NCBI GenBank assembly: GCA_000934665.2
Contig: KZ538488.1
Location: 1-63,978, forward strand
Reading direction: 5' to 3'
DNA from: Catajapyx aquilonaris
Lineage: Eukaryota
Length of the DNA stretch: 63,978 nucleotides
In this document: in pieces, positions 1 through 12,900 of the stretch
How positions within the stretch are numbered: the first letter of the stretch is position 1
How the letters are laid out: each line of letters begins with the position of its first letter
Made by a program: the position numbers and the translations under genes
The notes under the pieces: generated by a model
The model's database searches: none
What the model saw: only the letters and a program-made list of their open reading frames with translations
What the model was told of the DNA's origin: nothing

Positions 1-637
1 TTAAATTCCCACTGAGAGTGTAATACAAACACTAACGCTCATTCATTCTCAGCAGGTATTTTTCCCACCACAGTTTATACCACCCCACAAAAAAAAACGT
101 ACGTCATTTCAATATTTATCAAGAGCACAGCATGAGCATTATAATTTATTTTTTTTGTTCAAACCCTGTGATTTCAACCCCCTTCGGAGTCATTCGAGTT
201 TATACGGCAGGGGAGCAATTTAATTTCGCCCTCCCAAAAACTCAGGGAAAAACATGATAAGGTAGGAGGAATGTTATTTTTCCCCCTTTCGTCCTGCCGC
301 CAGCAAAATTCGGATTTATTGCTCTGGAGTGAGTTATGCAAATTCTCCTTGTCTGGATGCTTCCGGAGAAACCGCATTGGGCGGTGGAGGGGGTTGTAAT
401 TACCGGAGTTGACGCACAAATTTTAAGCCCACATTATTATTTTTTTATTTTATCCCTCGTGGCATATCAGCAAGTGCAAAACTGAGCAATATTGCATGCA
501 TTTTCCCCCCCTAGAAATATATCGCTCTCGACGGAGTTCTCCCAGAGAACTTTGAACCTGCAGTGTATATAGGTCTGTTCTTCCAAAAAGCCAATGCCAG
601 GTCTCTTGAGGTGTCTGGAGGCAGATAGCGAGTGAAA

Positions 638-760
638 TAGGGCTTTGCGACATCAGAATTCCAAATCGAAAATCTATATCACTTAAATATCGAATTGTTT
701 ACGACATATCGATAATATCAAACAAAATATCGAAAATATCGCAACAGAATATCGAAAACA
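638..760. repeat. Cluster of AATATCG(A) motifs after TAGGGCT, probably a decayed DNA-transposon end
   Basis: Several ATATCG/AATCGA copies including TATCGATA at 707..714; no partner TIR found. Confidence 0.35.
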
Positions 761-3700
761 GTTACTGACAAAATTTCGTGAGAAATAATATTTTAAAATT
801 ATCTATATTATTAAAAGCCGACTGTCATGGAAGCTCCTCCCGCACCGTACGGCCTCCAGCTTAGGGAGTGATGTCAAAATTTTGCCCGTCTTTTCTATAT
901 TTGCAAACCACTATTGTTTTTTTGGAAACGGTGCCGAGGGACTTTGTAAAACTCAAAAAACTCAAAAAAAAGCGGCCTTTCCACGGAATTCCCATTTCCG
1001 CCGTTCCGGACGCGGGGCGCCACCTCCTGGGTGGCGACTCGGTTACTTCTGCACTTCACCGTCGGATGTCGCTTCGATGCTGCTGCCTGGTCCGCGTCTC
1101 TCTCCCTCCCTCTCTCCACTTTCGCACTTTTGCCTAATTTTGGCAAGTTAGCGCCTAGTTAATATTATTTGACGTATCAAATAGAATAACGGGCTAACTT
1201 CTAAGGGTTCTTCTGGCCTTGTCACCAACTCTCAACCAAAATTAAGAGTGGCGTCACGTATCCTTGTCCTTATTTATGCCAAATAAATTAGTCATCTGCT
1301 GCAAGATGGCAGTGAAAAATGCCCATTGACAGTTCTTGTGATAAATAATATTGTTGTTGTTTTTCGACCAGTAGAATTTGGGGGAGATAGAGTCCTCGCA
1401 TGGTATCTCCTCCTTGTTTCTTATAGGGACGAGAGGTGGTCATTAAAGGGATGTAATATCCACCGTCCTGAATACAAACTCAGCCAATCAAGGTGGGGAC
1501 CTGGGTCATAATCAAGGCTCGTAGCCCCTGAGGAGCATCGTCTTGAGAGCAAATTTGGCCGATGGGGAACTAATCAATTTGTCCAGCATGCTCCTGTCAA
1601 TAGCACGTGATTGGATTGTCTCTTTCTTTGGGGAGCGTGGGGGCTTCATACAAGCCTAAAAGTCCAGGTAAGTAAATATGTTAATTTGTGTATTATATTT
1701 AGCCAAAATGTCCAAAATATTTCAGGATAGCAGAAATATTTTGATGAAATGAACTGGGGCATGTCTTTATCACAGTAATAAGAATGTCGGCTGTTTGTAT
1801 GCGGCAAGTGGCGTTACCATTCGTCACTGTCACAGTTTAAATACGGCTAATTAAGCAAGGACAATGCTGGTAATTAGAGAGGCGGTGATCCCTCAGACTT
1901 ATTTGCTTTCGAACCCATTTCAGAGCAAACATGCAGTCCCTCGCGGCGATGAATGGCACACCAACACCTAAATTGATAGGTTCGTATGACAGATATCGAT
2001 AGATGTCAATATAGCTGTTAACTCCTTCTATTTGATATTTTTGGTGGGTTAGCTTGTTCAGTACAAAGAACCGCCGGATGTGACGGGGATTTATAGTAGA
2101 GCCTTGGGAGGGCCAGATAAATAAACAGATTCTGAAGATGATTGGTGGCATTATTGAGTCGCAGACCTCATCCTGGCAGCAATCTTCGGGAGAGGAGAGA
2201 AAAGTCCCGGATTGGCCACGTCCAGGAATGGCGGGAACTCCCGGAACGCGGATGTAATGAGGTCGGCCACTTCCTTTTGACCCATCCAAAAAAAAAACTG
2301 GAAAAAAGCGAAAAAAATCACAATATGGAAAGGTGTAAGTTAAATGATTTTTTTAAAAGTTCGTTAGATTAGTATGGAAGTGGTAAAGGTAGCCTTTGAC
2401 GTCACTGGCCAATTCAATATGGCGCTCTTTTTGTTTATAAAAATTGGCATTAAAATTGTGCTGTTTAGGGAAATGTTGATATTAGAGTTGATTTGTTTTC
2501 ATGGCGTTTGACCAATAGCGGGGTCAGCATCCATCTACGTCACACTTTTCGTCTTCAGCTGCCAAAGTTTGTCTTTCTCTCTCTCCAGAGAGAGGTCAGG
2601 GAACTGTCTCGGCGACCAAGAAGAAATCGATAGCAGTCTGCACGTAATCCGAGAGAGGCTGCTGTTGCCTCATTACACCTCGAGGGATGCTAGTCAAATG
2701 CATTCTGTGGATTATGAGAACGCAAGTCTTCAATCGGAATTGCGATGAATGAAAACGACAGCAGGTACGACAAAGAAAATCCGTACCACTCTCCGAAAGA
2801 ACCCCATGAGTTTTGCATAATTACATTTGCTTAATGGCTGAAACTTATGGACCGGAAAAAAGGGGTCTCGACTCATCTACTTTGATGATTAAGTCCGCGA
2901 CCTGCCTCATTACTGATGTCTTCATGCTGATATACCAGGCCCGTTGCTGGAGTAAACAACTTGATACAATTGATAGGTGCTTGATTTGAACACAAAATTG
3001 TCGTGATGAAACGCGTCCAATTTTTCCAGACGCGTCCGATGATGAATGGACGGTTCAGATCGGCGCCTCATCAATCACTCGTCTCAGATCCTCTGAATCG
3101 GCTCACTATCAATGCATCCCACGGAATGTCCCACTTTCCAAATTTGGCTAAACTCAAATGTATATACCTATACGAGACGAAAACACTTGCTGCGAGTGTT
3201 TATTATTGCCGTCTGATGACGTCAGGTTATCCAGGTCAGAACAGATCAGTAAAGATTGTCTAAGGTGTCTGGTCTATATGAGTGTTATCGGGTAGTGTGT
3301 TAATAATGCACGGTCCTGTAATTATGTCACACATGTGGCTCCGTGTATCGAGGTCGTGTGCGAGGAGTGCGTGTATGTAAAGTGCATGCAAAAAAAAAAA
3401 AAATACTGCGAACACGATTCAACCCTCTCCAGGTTTATTTTGGCAGCAGGTAAGTTTGCCAAAAATTTGCACCTGTCGTGGGATCCGCCAAAATTTGCAT
3501 TCCACTACGACCCTACCTCAACCCAGAAGAATCCATGGTAACAGGTTTTGCCTCCCGTCCGTTGACCTCCATCGAGGTGATGGGGGCCAAAGCATCTTTG
3601 ACCATCTGCTACCATTTGCTGCCGGAGATTCTTTACAACTAAAAAAAAAGGGTCGACAAGATGAAAATGTCCTCCATCAATAGGTTAGTGGAACATGTGT

Positions 3701-6698
3701 GTGTGCACGTAGACCAAGTGTACATAATTATGCAGCATTGAAAAATTTGATGGTCATTTTGTCCATATTTAGCCGCAATGTGGCATACATTTTGACATAG
3801 TTATACTGAATATTAATATAACTACTTAACTACTATTAGGTAATATTTGAGCAAATATGGCCTACATTGTGGAAGCCGGTAGGATTTATTAGAGGGTGCG
3901 GATAAGTTATGACTAATCTCACATGTCAAATGTTGGATTTTTGATATCCAGTGGAGTTAAACGTGCGTCTTCTTTAAAACCCCGCTGAGAAGGTAATCGG
4001 ACACATTTGGATAAGAGCCGAGGCCAAAGACCTGTCTTTCGAAAGAAAAAAAAATGAATGTAACTTCCATTTTAGCACTTGGTTTTTTTAAGTCGACTAC
4101 CACGCCTATCAGGTGCGCTCTAAAGGCTTGAATTTGATGGTCCAAGTTATTAGGATTTAAAGACTGCCGAGGCCCATTTTCTTTTATTTTTCTTCATCTT
4201 CTACTTTCCGAAGCCTTTAAGACGTTGAAGCCACGCCTCACATTCTCAGGTTTTACGAGCAAAGGAAGTGCTTCAGATCGCCGACTGGCACGTCAGCTTA
4301 TTGCTTCAGTCGACAATTATCGGTAATACATTTTTTTCCAGTATAACATCATCGAACAGTGCTAAAGAGGCGGACGTGAATCCACATAAATGTTGGAATA
4401 ACCCCCCCCCCCCCCCAAAAAGGGCGTCAATCACATTGATCGTCCACTAATTTTTAGGAAGCCCAAGTTTTGTCACGAGAACGGACATTTTAATCCAGTT
4501 ATGTCAAAGCAGAGCACGGTTTCCCAAATTCCATATTTCTGCATAATCAGTTCTACTTTTGTGCACAGTGCTGTCATCCGATAGAAAATTCAGAGCACGT
4601 GTCACGAGTATCAAAATGAACTGAGCAGAAATTCTCTCCTAAATCCGCTTAACTTAGGCATCCATCGAACGTTAATTGACTAATCTAAAGTTTGAGAGAT
4701 TGCTCATGCTAAAAAAAATTACACCTAACAACGCATTGTATTCAAATCAGCTGCCTTTCATTTTATGTCTTTATAGTGTTATTGTTTTCGCAACCCACCA
4801 TCAGCCCCTAAATAAATAATAGATATTTTTATTGATGCCGAACATTAACAAAACACGAATCTTCCCACCTATATGATTCAACCTACCGAACTTTTGCATG
4901 AAAATTTTTTTTTGGCAAACTCTTGGAAAGAGTGTTGTTTGCTTACTTTCCCCGACCTCACCTATTTTAAGGGTCCATATAACCGAACTGTTCCAATCAT
5001 AGAAATAAATTCTTCCAGTCACTTCAAACGGGATCATCCACCTGCTATACCCAGACCTGATTTCTTTGCAAAGGGTGATTAACCGCGGCTAATAAAGCTG
5101 ATCTATTGGCAATTTTTTCCATCCTAATCAATGGTTTGGAATGTCGGCAGCTCCGGATAATAGGTTCGGAGGGCATATTAAGTACAATGTAACGGACGGT
5201 AATTCGATTTTAAAACAATTATATTCAATCATTACAGCTAATACTCTATGATATATGCTAATCGCATCGATAAACAGATTTATAATCTGGTATTAGAGAG
5301 CATCCGATTTAATCCATCGAGTCGATTTTCAAAAGTGGTTCAAGTATTTAAAAAATTATGCAGCCCATTTTCAGTCACTGTGGTCAGACAGGAGTGGGAA
5401 TGCGCCCTGTAGGCCACGCCCCCTTTTCCCGCCAATTTTTAAACCCGTGATAATTTATATTGGTGCTGAAATAAAAGGTATTGTTGAGCTATTAGTGTAC
5501 ATATTTCCAAAATCATACCGTATTTTGTTCATTTTTTCTACAAATTACAGAATTGAAATCCGGTGCCCTATAAACAAAAAAAATAAGGGCTGCCAGCTTT
5601 TATCTCCAAGCCGCGAATCAATTCTGAAGCACAATCGGTAATCATGACTTATCTCCGACACTAAATCCAACAGATCCGCTCATGACAGCCCCCAATATAT
5701 CTTCCACTGAAATAAAACACACACAAACGCTTCCACACAAAAAAAAATTTGAAGCGGTATCTCCTCTTTCGAAGTATAAAAAAAAAAAATCTGGTCCTGG
5801 TATGGGCTGCTGGAGGTTTGCAGTCCTGGCAGCAGCAACGATCCGGATTCATTTCTCACAAGTGCAGCCCAATTTCCTATCCCACCCTGGCAAAATCCCC
5901 GCCCACGCCACCCTCCTCTTGTATTTCGCATTTGGGGATGGTGCGTCGGCGCAACGACACACGACCGGGCTTTCGACGTCACGGCGTCGCGTTTGGACGT
6001 CGACGGCCTCCAGGTTCTGTTCAGTTCAGATTCAGCTTCCCATCCGAGAAGGGCCCGGGTTTTTAATCATATAACCAGTGTTCAGGTATTGTTGCCAACC
6101 TAGTGAAATTTTGGCCTGGATTTGACGGTTATTTTAGCATCCATAACAACAGCTGTTAAAGTTACGTCACAGCAGATTTCGCGCGGGTCTTTAACCTTTC
6201 CCCCCCCCNCCCCCCCCCCCCCCCCTCCCGGTTTTATTCATTGTAGTTTAGCGCCCTGAACCAATAGATGCGGTGTGAATGACAATCCGTTGTTCGACCT
6301 CACGTCTACAAGTTTTTCGCAGAATGAAAACGTGGGCGGCAGTAACCTCAGCCGGCCCAGTGAAAGGGACAAACAAACAACAAAACATACTGAAAAATAT
6401 ATTCGGTAGGTCGTGATATCCAAAAAAAAAAATTAAGTTGAGACACCCATAGACAGGTCCTAGTAAAAACCGAACCGTCCCGATGGTCACCTAGCGCGAT
6501 ACTGGTAATATGTAAGAGCAACTTTTGTCATGTTGCGTGGCGGTGGTTTAGAGAAGCCGACCTACTTTGGCCAGTTGGCTTGGGCTAGCAGCAGGCTAAG
6601 AAGCCCCTGAGGGCACTCCTCAACATCTACCCCCCCTTCTTTTTACCTTCCACCACCCCCCCTGTTCTTTGCCAACCCCACCTTTTACAGCTTGCGGA

Positions 6699-6791
6699 AT
6701 GATTGTGCAGAGTGGTAGTGGTGGAAGAGAGTGGTGCCAGTGCGAATCGGTGGACATGGCGGCAGATAGCAAGTAAAATAGGATGACCTGA
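6699..6791 (+). promoter_or_regulatory. uORFs in the presumed rk 5' leader (6699..6776, 25 aa; 6783..6791, M-T-stop)
   Basis: They follow a pyrimidine tract and acceptor ttttacag| at 6690 and end 20 nt and 5 nt before the main ATG. Confidence 0.5.
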
Positions 6792-6796
6792 GAAGG

Positions 6797-6975
6797 ATGA
6801 TGAGAGATATGGCCTGGCTGATCTTCCTTCTGTTGCTGTTCAACAATGGTCAGTGTGACAACAAGGATGACCTGTGTCCTTCCAGCTGCGTTTGCCAGCC
6901 GGAGGAGGTCGTGTGCCGGGATGCTGGGTTGGTGGCTGTACCATCGGAACTGGCTGTGTTGCCGGTCAGAAGAAT
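6797..6975 (+). CDS. rk: rk coding exon 1: signal peptide and LRRNT cap
   Basis: MMRDMAWLIFLLLLFNNGQCDNKDDLCPSSCVCQPEEVVCRDAGLVAVPSEL...; donor AT|GTGAGT, phase 2. The start could be ATG 6797, 6800 or 6809. Confidence 0.88.
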
Positions 6976-9900
6976 GTGAGTACAACAGCTATATGTTAAA
7001 AATATCGCGAATTCGTACACATTTTCGTTAAAAAAACAACCTTGGAATCAATTTGGCAAGAGTTGGATGTGACCTGAACAAGTTTAGCTCAAGCAGTGGA
7101 AGGGGCAAAAAAAAATCCGCAAAATTTTCCACTGAAAAACATGCAATTTCAGGTCACATGTAACGGCCATTCAATAATTCCAGCAGTAGTAACCTTGACA
7201 GAGCGAAAAACTTTCCAAAACAAGTTTTTGCCCGCGGCTTTAATACACAAAACTACAATCATTACGATTTTTGTGTTCAATTGTAAGTGTGGATTCAGCC
7301 AATAAATTATGCCTTCGCACCATACACTAATGAATCGCTACAAAATCGCGACCAAAAAAAATCAAGTAATGCGATTCGCTGGCGGGGGTTATGGTAACAC
7401 CACAAGTCACGAGTCAGTGAACCCTGAGATTGGTAAATATAATCCTCGGAGCTGGGGGATCAATTCACCAGACATTGAATTTTAATAACCCTTTCGTGTG
7501 CATTTTATAACCTTGAGAGCACGGATTTCTACGAATCATAGCTGCAGAAATTGCTGCTCGCAAAACCTAAGTGACTGTTTTTATTTCACCTTCTTCTGCT
7601 GAGGCCACACTTTTATCGTCCCAATAACGACCAAGTTTTTAAAAATTCAGCCACAGTCTAGGCATAAAACCACAGCCTTTATCTAGGCCCTCACTTACAC
7701 CCCCCCCCCCCAAAAAAAAAAAATCTGAAGCGGTCTCATCACAGGAGGGTTCCTTCCGAAAATGCGGTGGACACACGCTTCCAACTCGTTTACACGCCGA
7801 AAATGAGCGTTTTTGCCTATGCACGGAGTGTGTGGGCCGAAATGGAATCCGCGAATCGGCGGTATCACTCAGGTCTTCCCACGCTGTACCCATTCAGGTG
7901 ACAGAACGAATCAGATCACCTGCCAGTGACAAAAACACTAGGATATTGCAAGGGCGCCCAGTCAATCTTTAGGCGAAATTCATTGATAATACTGTAATTA
8001 GAATTACTGATTTTTTTAAAGTGTTCGAGCATGTCCTGAGCTACCTTGCAAATTAATATTTATAAAATAAAAAATAATTAATTAAAAACAATATTGGTAA
8101 AAATTAGGATCCAATGATATTATTAAGCAATTAGACACCTCGCAACATAATAAAATCTTAATATCAGTTAAAATGGTAACCATTTTCGAAAATAGGACAA
8201 CACAAATTATTTCGCAAAAAATTGTTGCTGATTCGGTTTAATTATGCCCTATACGCATCTAAATTTATGAATGAATTTTTGGCGAAATTTGCATGTCATG
8301 AGAATTGTCATTACAAATACATTTTACAACAAAGTACAGTATGTGCTGTACAGGGGCTCACTTGTAAACAAAGTGATCATTTGTTTCCATTTTTTGGGCA
8401 GCGTGACTCCACCCTGGATAGTTTATATGCTCTGTGACCCTTCCTGGCCTGGAGGTGCTGAAATGTTTTGGGTATATATACAACAGTACGGAGAAGATCA
8501 ATCATCAACTTGTCAAAATATTTTGTGCCCAAATTTACCGTGACATCTGCGAAAGCCTGCTTCTAGTAAAAGCAACTGAGACTAATGTAAACGGACGGTT
8601 TGTTGCTCCCGAACGTACAAGTGGAATTATTAGGAAACGTATAATCATTGCAAATAATGGCACGGTACTTGTGCCGAGAGAATACCAAGCAGCGACACAC
8701 AGAAGGGAAAACGCGTCTCAAAATGTATTATTAACTGCCGCACTAGAATTGCATTTTAATAATACATCATCTACCTGGTACAGTAGCTGTAATAGCACCT
8801 ATGAGCGTGTAAAAATAGCTGTTTATCTCCAGTGTTTGCATTACTTACCGATGGTTTAGATAAAAATTGCAGGGTAGATGTATCCATTAGCTAATGCGAC
8901 AAGTGATGACAAAATACGTTTCCTGTTCCTAAAGCGTATCTACTAATATGTAGCTATTTCAGACAATGCAATAATTTTTAGCAAAGCCTACCCGTTAAAA
9001 ATGAGCACAACTATTTGCAATAATTCACGTTAGGCCAAGCACCGTTACACAGCTTTTATGATCCGATATAGTGCTCAATTTATGTCGATTCAATCTTCCA
9101 TGAAAATAAATTGGAGAACGAGAGAAACTTTTATTTACTATCTATCCATTATTTGACACATTTACTCGGTTTTGTCGGGAAGGAGGGCATTGTTCGAGTT
9201 GAATGCACGCTGTCCACCCACCCACCCGAAAAACGCACAAATCGCAAAATATACGCACACAAAATACCGTTTGCCATTAAGGAATCTACGAGTCGACGAC
9301 CTCCAAACAGCAGTCTCAGTAATGCACTTTTTATTCTGCTTTTTTTCGCCAAAAAAAGGCGCGGGTGGGCCATCATAAAACAAGGAGAACACCCTCCTTT
9401 TGCTCTGCTTACTGTCGCTAACCCTTTGGAATCTCTCCCATTTTAGGAAAAGCTTCCAGTCCAAAAACAGGTTACTAGACCTTCCCACGCCAAATAGACG
9501 CGCATATATATCTTCCTCCTTGGAATGAGTGACTGCGTATCAAGGAGGTCCGCCGCAATAATCCTCTTATCTGACAACAAGACCAAAACTAATCTCAATT
9601 CCAAAAAAAAAAAAGATGGCCGCATTATAAGTTCTATGACGCTACCGATATGTGGCGCTGGAGACCCAGCCCACGAGGGATATTTGCATACTAAACAAAA
9701 CAAAGTGCTGAGAGAAAGGCCAGGGAAAATCCAGTCCGGATTTGGGTTTCCGATTGATTCAGATACGGCTATTTCCATGGGGCAGATGCTGATTGTCAGA
9801 GGGGGATAATGGCGTCTGCATAGGGTAATCGGTAGGGGAATGATCAGGCTGCGATGGACGGATAACAGGTGGACAAATGAGGTGCAGATGCGTGCAGATC

Positions 9901-12900
9901 GGCCGCGTAATGAGGGTACAATGCAGTGCGTGAATTGACCGCAAAATTTAATTACTTGCTGGCTGGACGCGCGGTTATGTTTGTTTACGACGTGTGTTAT
10001 TAGTTTGGGCATTTGTGATGGTTACATAAGCGGACGGTACGGTATACATCACGGACGAAATAGCAGTATAAATGCATAGGAAATGTTGAAGTTATCCTGG
10101 TTGGGATTTCTTTCGAATTGTGTATCAATGCAAATCGAATGTCGTGTACGAGTATGTGTGATTACTCCACCAAATTTGGGATCATCCGAATTATTACGCA
10201 TTATTCACATTGCATAATAGACTCGCACGGAATAGCGTTTAGACTTGGTCAGATCATATAGAGGCGTATCAAACTGGAATCAAGTGTCCTAAGCCGCCTA
10301 TTTTCTTGACAAGCAGGGGGCGTGGCGATGCAAGATTATCCTTGTAGATAAGTATATCCGAGAGAGTAAAGAGAACCGTTCGCTGGAGGCGGGCGATTAT
10401 CCATACCGGCATGGGGTGTAATGTTATGGGAGGAATACGTACGGTCTAAAGGTGTAAAAGGTCCATTCACACAGCCGTGCTTTAAATTGCGATATAAAGG
10501 ACCTAAAATGTGCTTGCGGGAAAAGAACTACCTTTGTGAATCCGGCACATGAGTGTTTCCATAAACTCCATGAATGTTCTTGACTAATATTATCTCCGAT
10601 GTTAACTAAACAAAACCGTAGCTAACTACTGAATTATTTATATTGCACAATACATATTCTGTTACTCGCCAAACTATTGAAAACGTAAAATCAGAAACAA
10701 AGTGTTTTGGAGAGAAGGGATGAAGGTGCAAGGGTGACAAACTTGATGGTCTCTATAGCTGTAATTCACACATAACGACTCGAGAATCTTGAAACTACTC
10801 TATAAATTACTTTCATTAGGCTGAATTATAGTTGTCTTCATAGTTACACTCTTTATCATACGTTTTTCCATCAAGTGTTGGGAACACAACATTTACACAA
10901 CCTGCCTAACAAGGTGACTGAAAAAGCCACGTTTCACGGATAATGAAGGTCCGACTGGTCCACAGCAGGTATAGCAGTAATTGGCAAATAATTTCACTTG
11001 CTAGAATTTCTGGATTACATCGCAAACATACGCCTAATTAGAATATAAATTAAGCCACAGAACACTCAACTTAATAAAGCCTAGTTTTTATGTTTCGTTT
11101 ATGACGATTAAGTAGGATTAATAATATTCAATATTCACGTACCGTTCTGGAGGATTCCAGCACAATCCGTACTCATCTAACCAATCAGCACTTCCTTTTC
11201 CCATTCCCTCCATCATGCATCATCCTGAAACGAGAGAACTCCGGTTATAACAAGAGACGAGGAAAGTTGTCGACTAACGAAATGGGTCACCACCATTTTT
11301 CCGTGAATAGCACCAAACATCAAACGGGGGTGACGTAAGTGGTCCTGTCAAAAGCAGCCCAATATGGCCAAATACCCCCAGGGGGGACTCAGCAAAAGCA
11401 CTATATCAGCAGGAAGGCTTTAAGTAACAACATCCACCAGTTGACGACATTATTTTTACTTCAGAAGATACCCTCCCATCGAATCGATGAGCCCACACTA
11501 TTCAGGTCAATAGTGTGGTCGATCTCAAAGTAAATATAAAAAAAACCGTTGGTCTTGTAATGAGCTCGTGTTTCTTGGCTTGAAACGACTCTATCTTGGC
11601 AGCCAATATGGCGGAAGGACGCTACTGCTGGCTGGTTTGTGAAATCGCCGCAGGTGGGCGCGACTAATCATCACATGCAAAGCCTTTTATTTTTGCTCGG
11701 CTACCTGGTGCTTGTTCAAGTGGAAAGGTGTGGAAATTGGGCCATCAGCCGATAAATGGGCAGACGCCACGCACAAATTACAATTTTAATCACCCTCAGG
11801 CCACTTATACCTTCATCGCGTGGAGGTCTGCACCCATTGGATGAGACCTGGACAATAGGTGTCACTAAGAAGTAATTCAGCGGTGATTAGTGGTTTGGCG
11901 GTGCGTGATGAAAACCGACTCTTTGCTCTTCTAAATTAATCCTGGCCCCCACCGTGATAAGTATGTTTTAAAAAAATGGTGTCGAGCACCGTCTTCTTCC
12001 AGCGTCCATAACTTAGGTACGCCCTTATCTTTATAGGTGCACACGATGCGACAAACCACGCCTGATAAATTACGGAAGATTAACTCAAAGCCTGGCTGTA
12101 ACTTTTCTACCCAAATCTAGCCGCCTGTTCTTAGATTCCACTGTTCGCGTGCCCAAAAGTGCTGGAGGGGTTCAAACTTGATTGGCCCCATGACTTTCTC
12201 CGATGGTTTTAACCGTGAGAGCCATGCTATCTAGCTATAGATGGACATCGTCATTCCGTATGTGGCATGTGTGGGTCGGAGTGACCCGGATACTTATTCA
12301 ATTGGCATGACACTTTGTCGATTTGCGTTGCGTCTAGATGTATTATTCATTACTGAGACGCCGCACGATTGAACGTACAATACAATGTGACTTTTAACTG
12401 GTGGGAATTCTTCCAGAAAAAGTCCATGTCTATGACAACGACAGCAATTGAATGATAATTCATAGACTGCCCGTGGATAGAAATATGAGTCGCTCTCTTA
12501 GGGTTGTCATGTAAGTCCAAAAGGGGAGCACGACCATATAGTGGAGGTCTTTCCACCGCCAACTATGCCATTAAGCCAGGGAGGTGGACTGATGTATGAC
12601 AGCCCTTCTATCTTATCGCCTCCTCTTGACAGGACTAGATGAGAGCTTCTGGGGGTATAGAAGCAAGCCTAGAGATGCATGACGCATATCTGAATTGCGC
12701 AGGGCCTTACTTGCATACTCCACAGTTTATGGATCATTTCATTAAGAAATGGCTTTTAATGTGTGATGATAAACTGGTAGCCAAGTTGCGGTTGTTTAGC
12801 TAGAGATTTATTAAGGGGAGTGGAACCAGACCAGAAACCTTTCTTATTTTGAAAAAAAAAATATGAATCGATTCTGTCCCATCCCTGGAAGACTACGTTC

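Noticed and set aside
6200..6225. Poly-C run as a G-quadruplex element (another run at about 24478-24500)
   Set aside because: Both runs contain an N (6209, 24493), so length and sequence are unreliable
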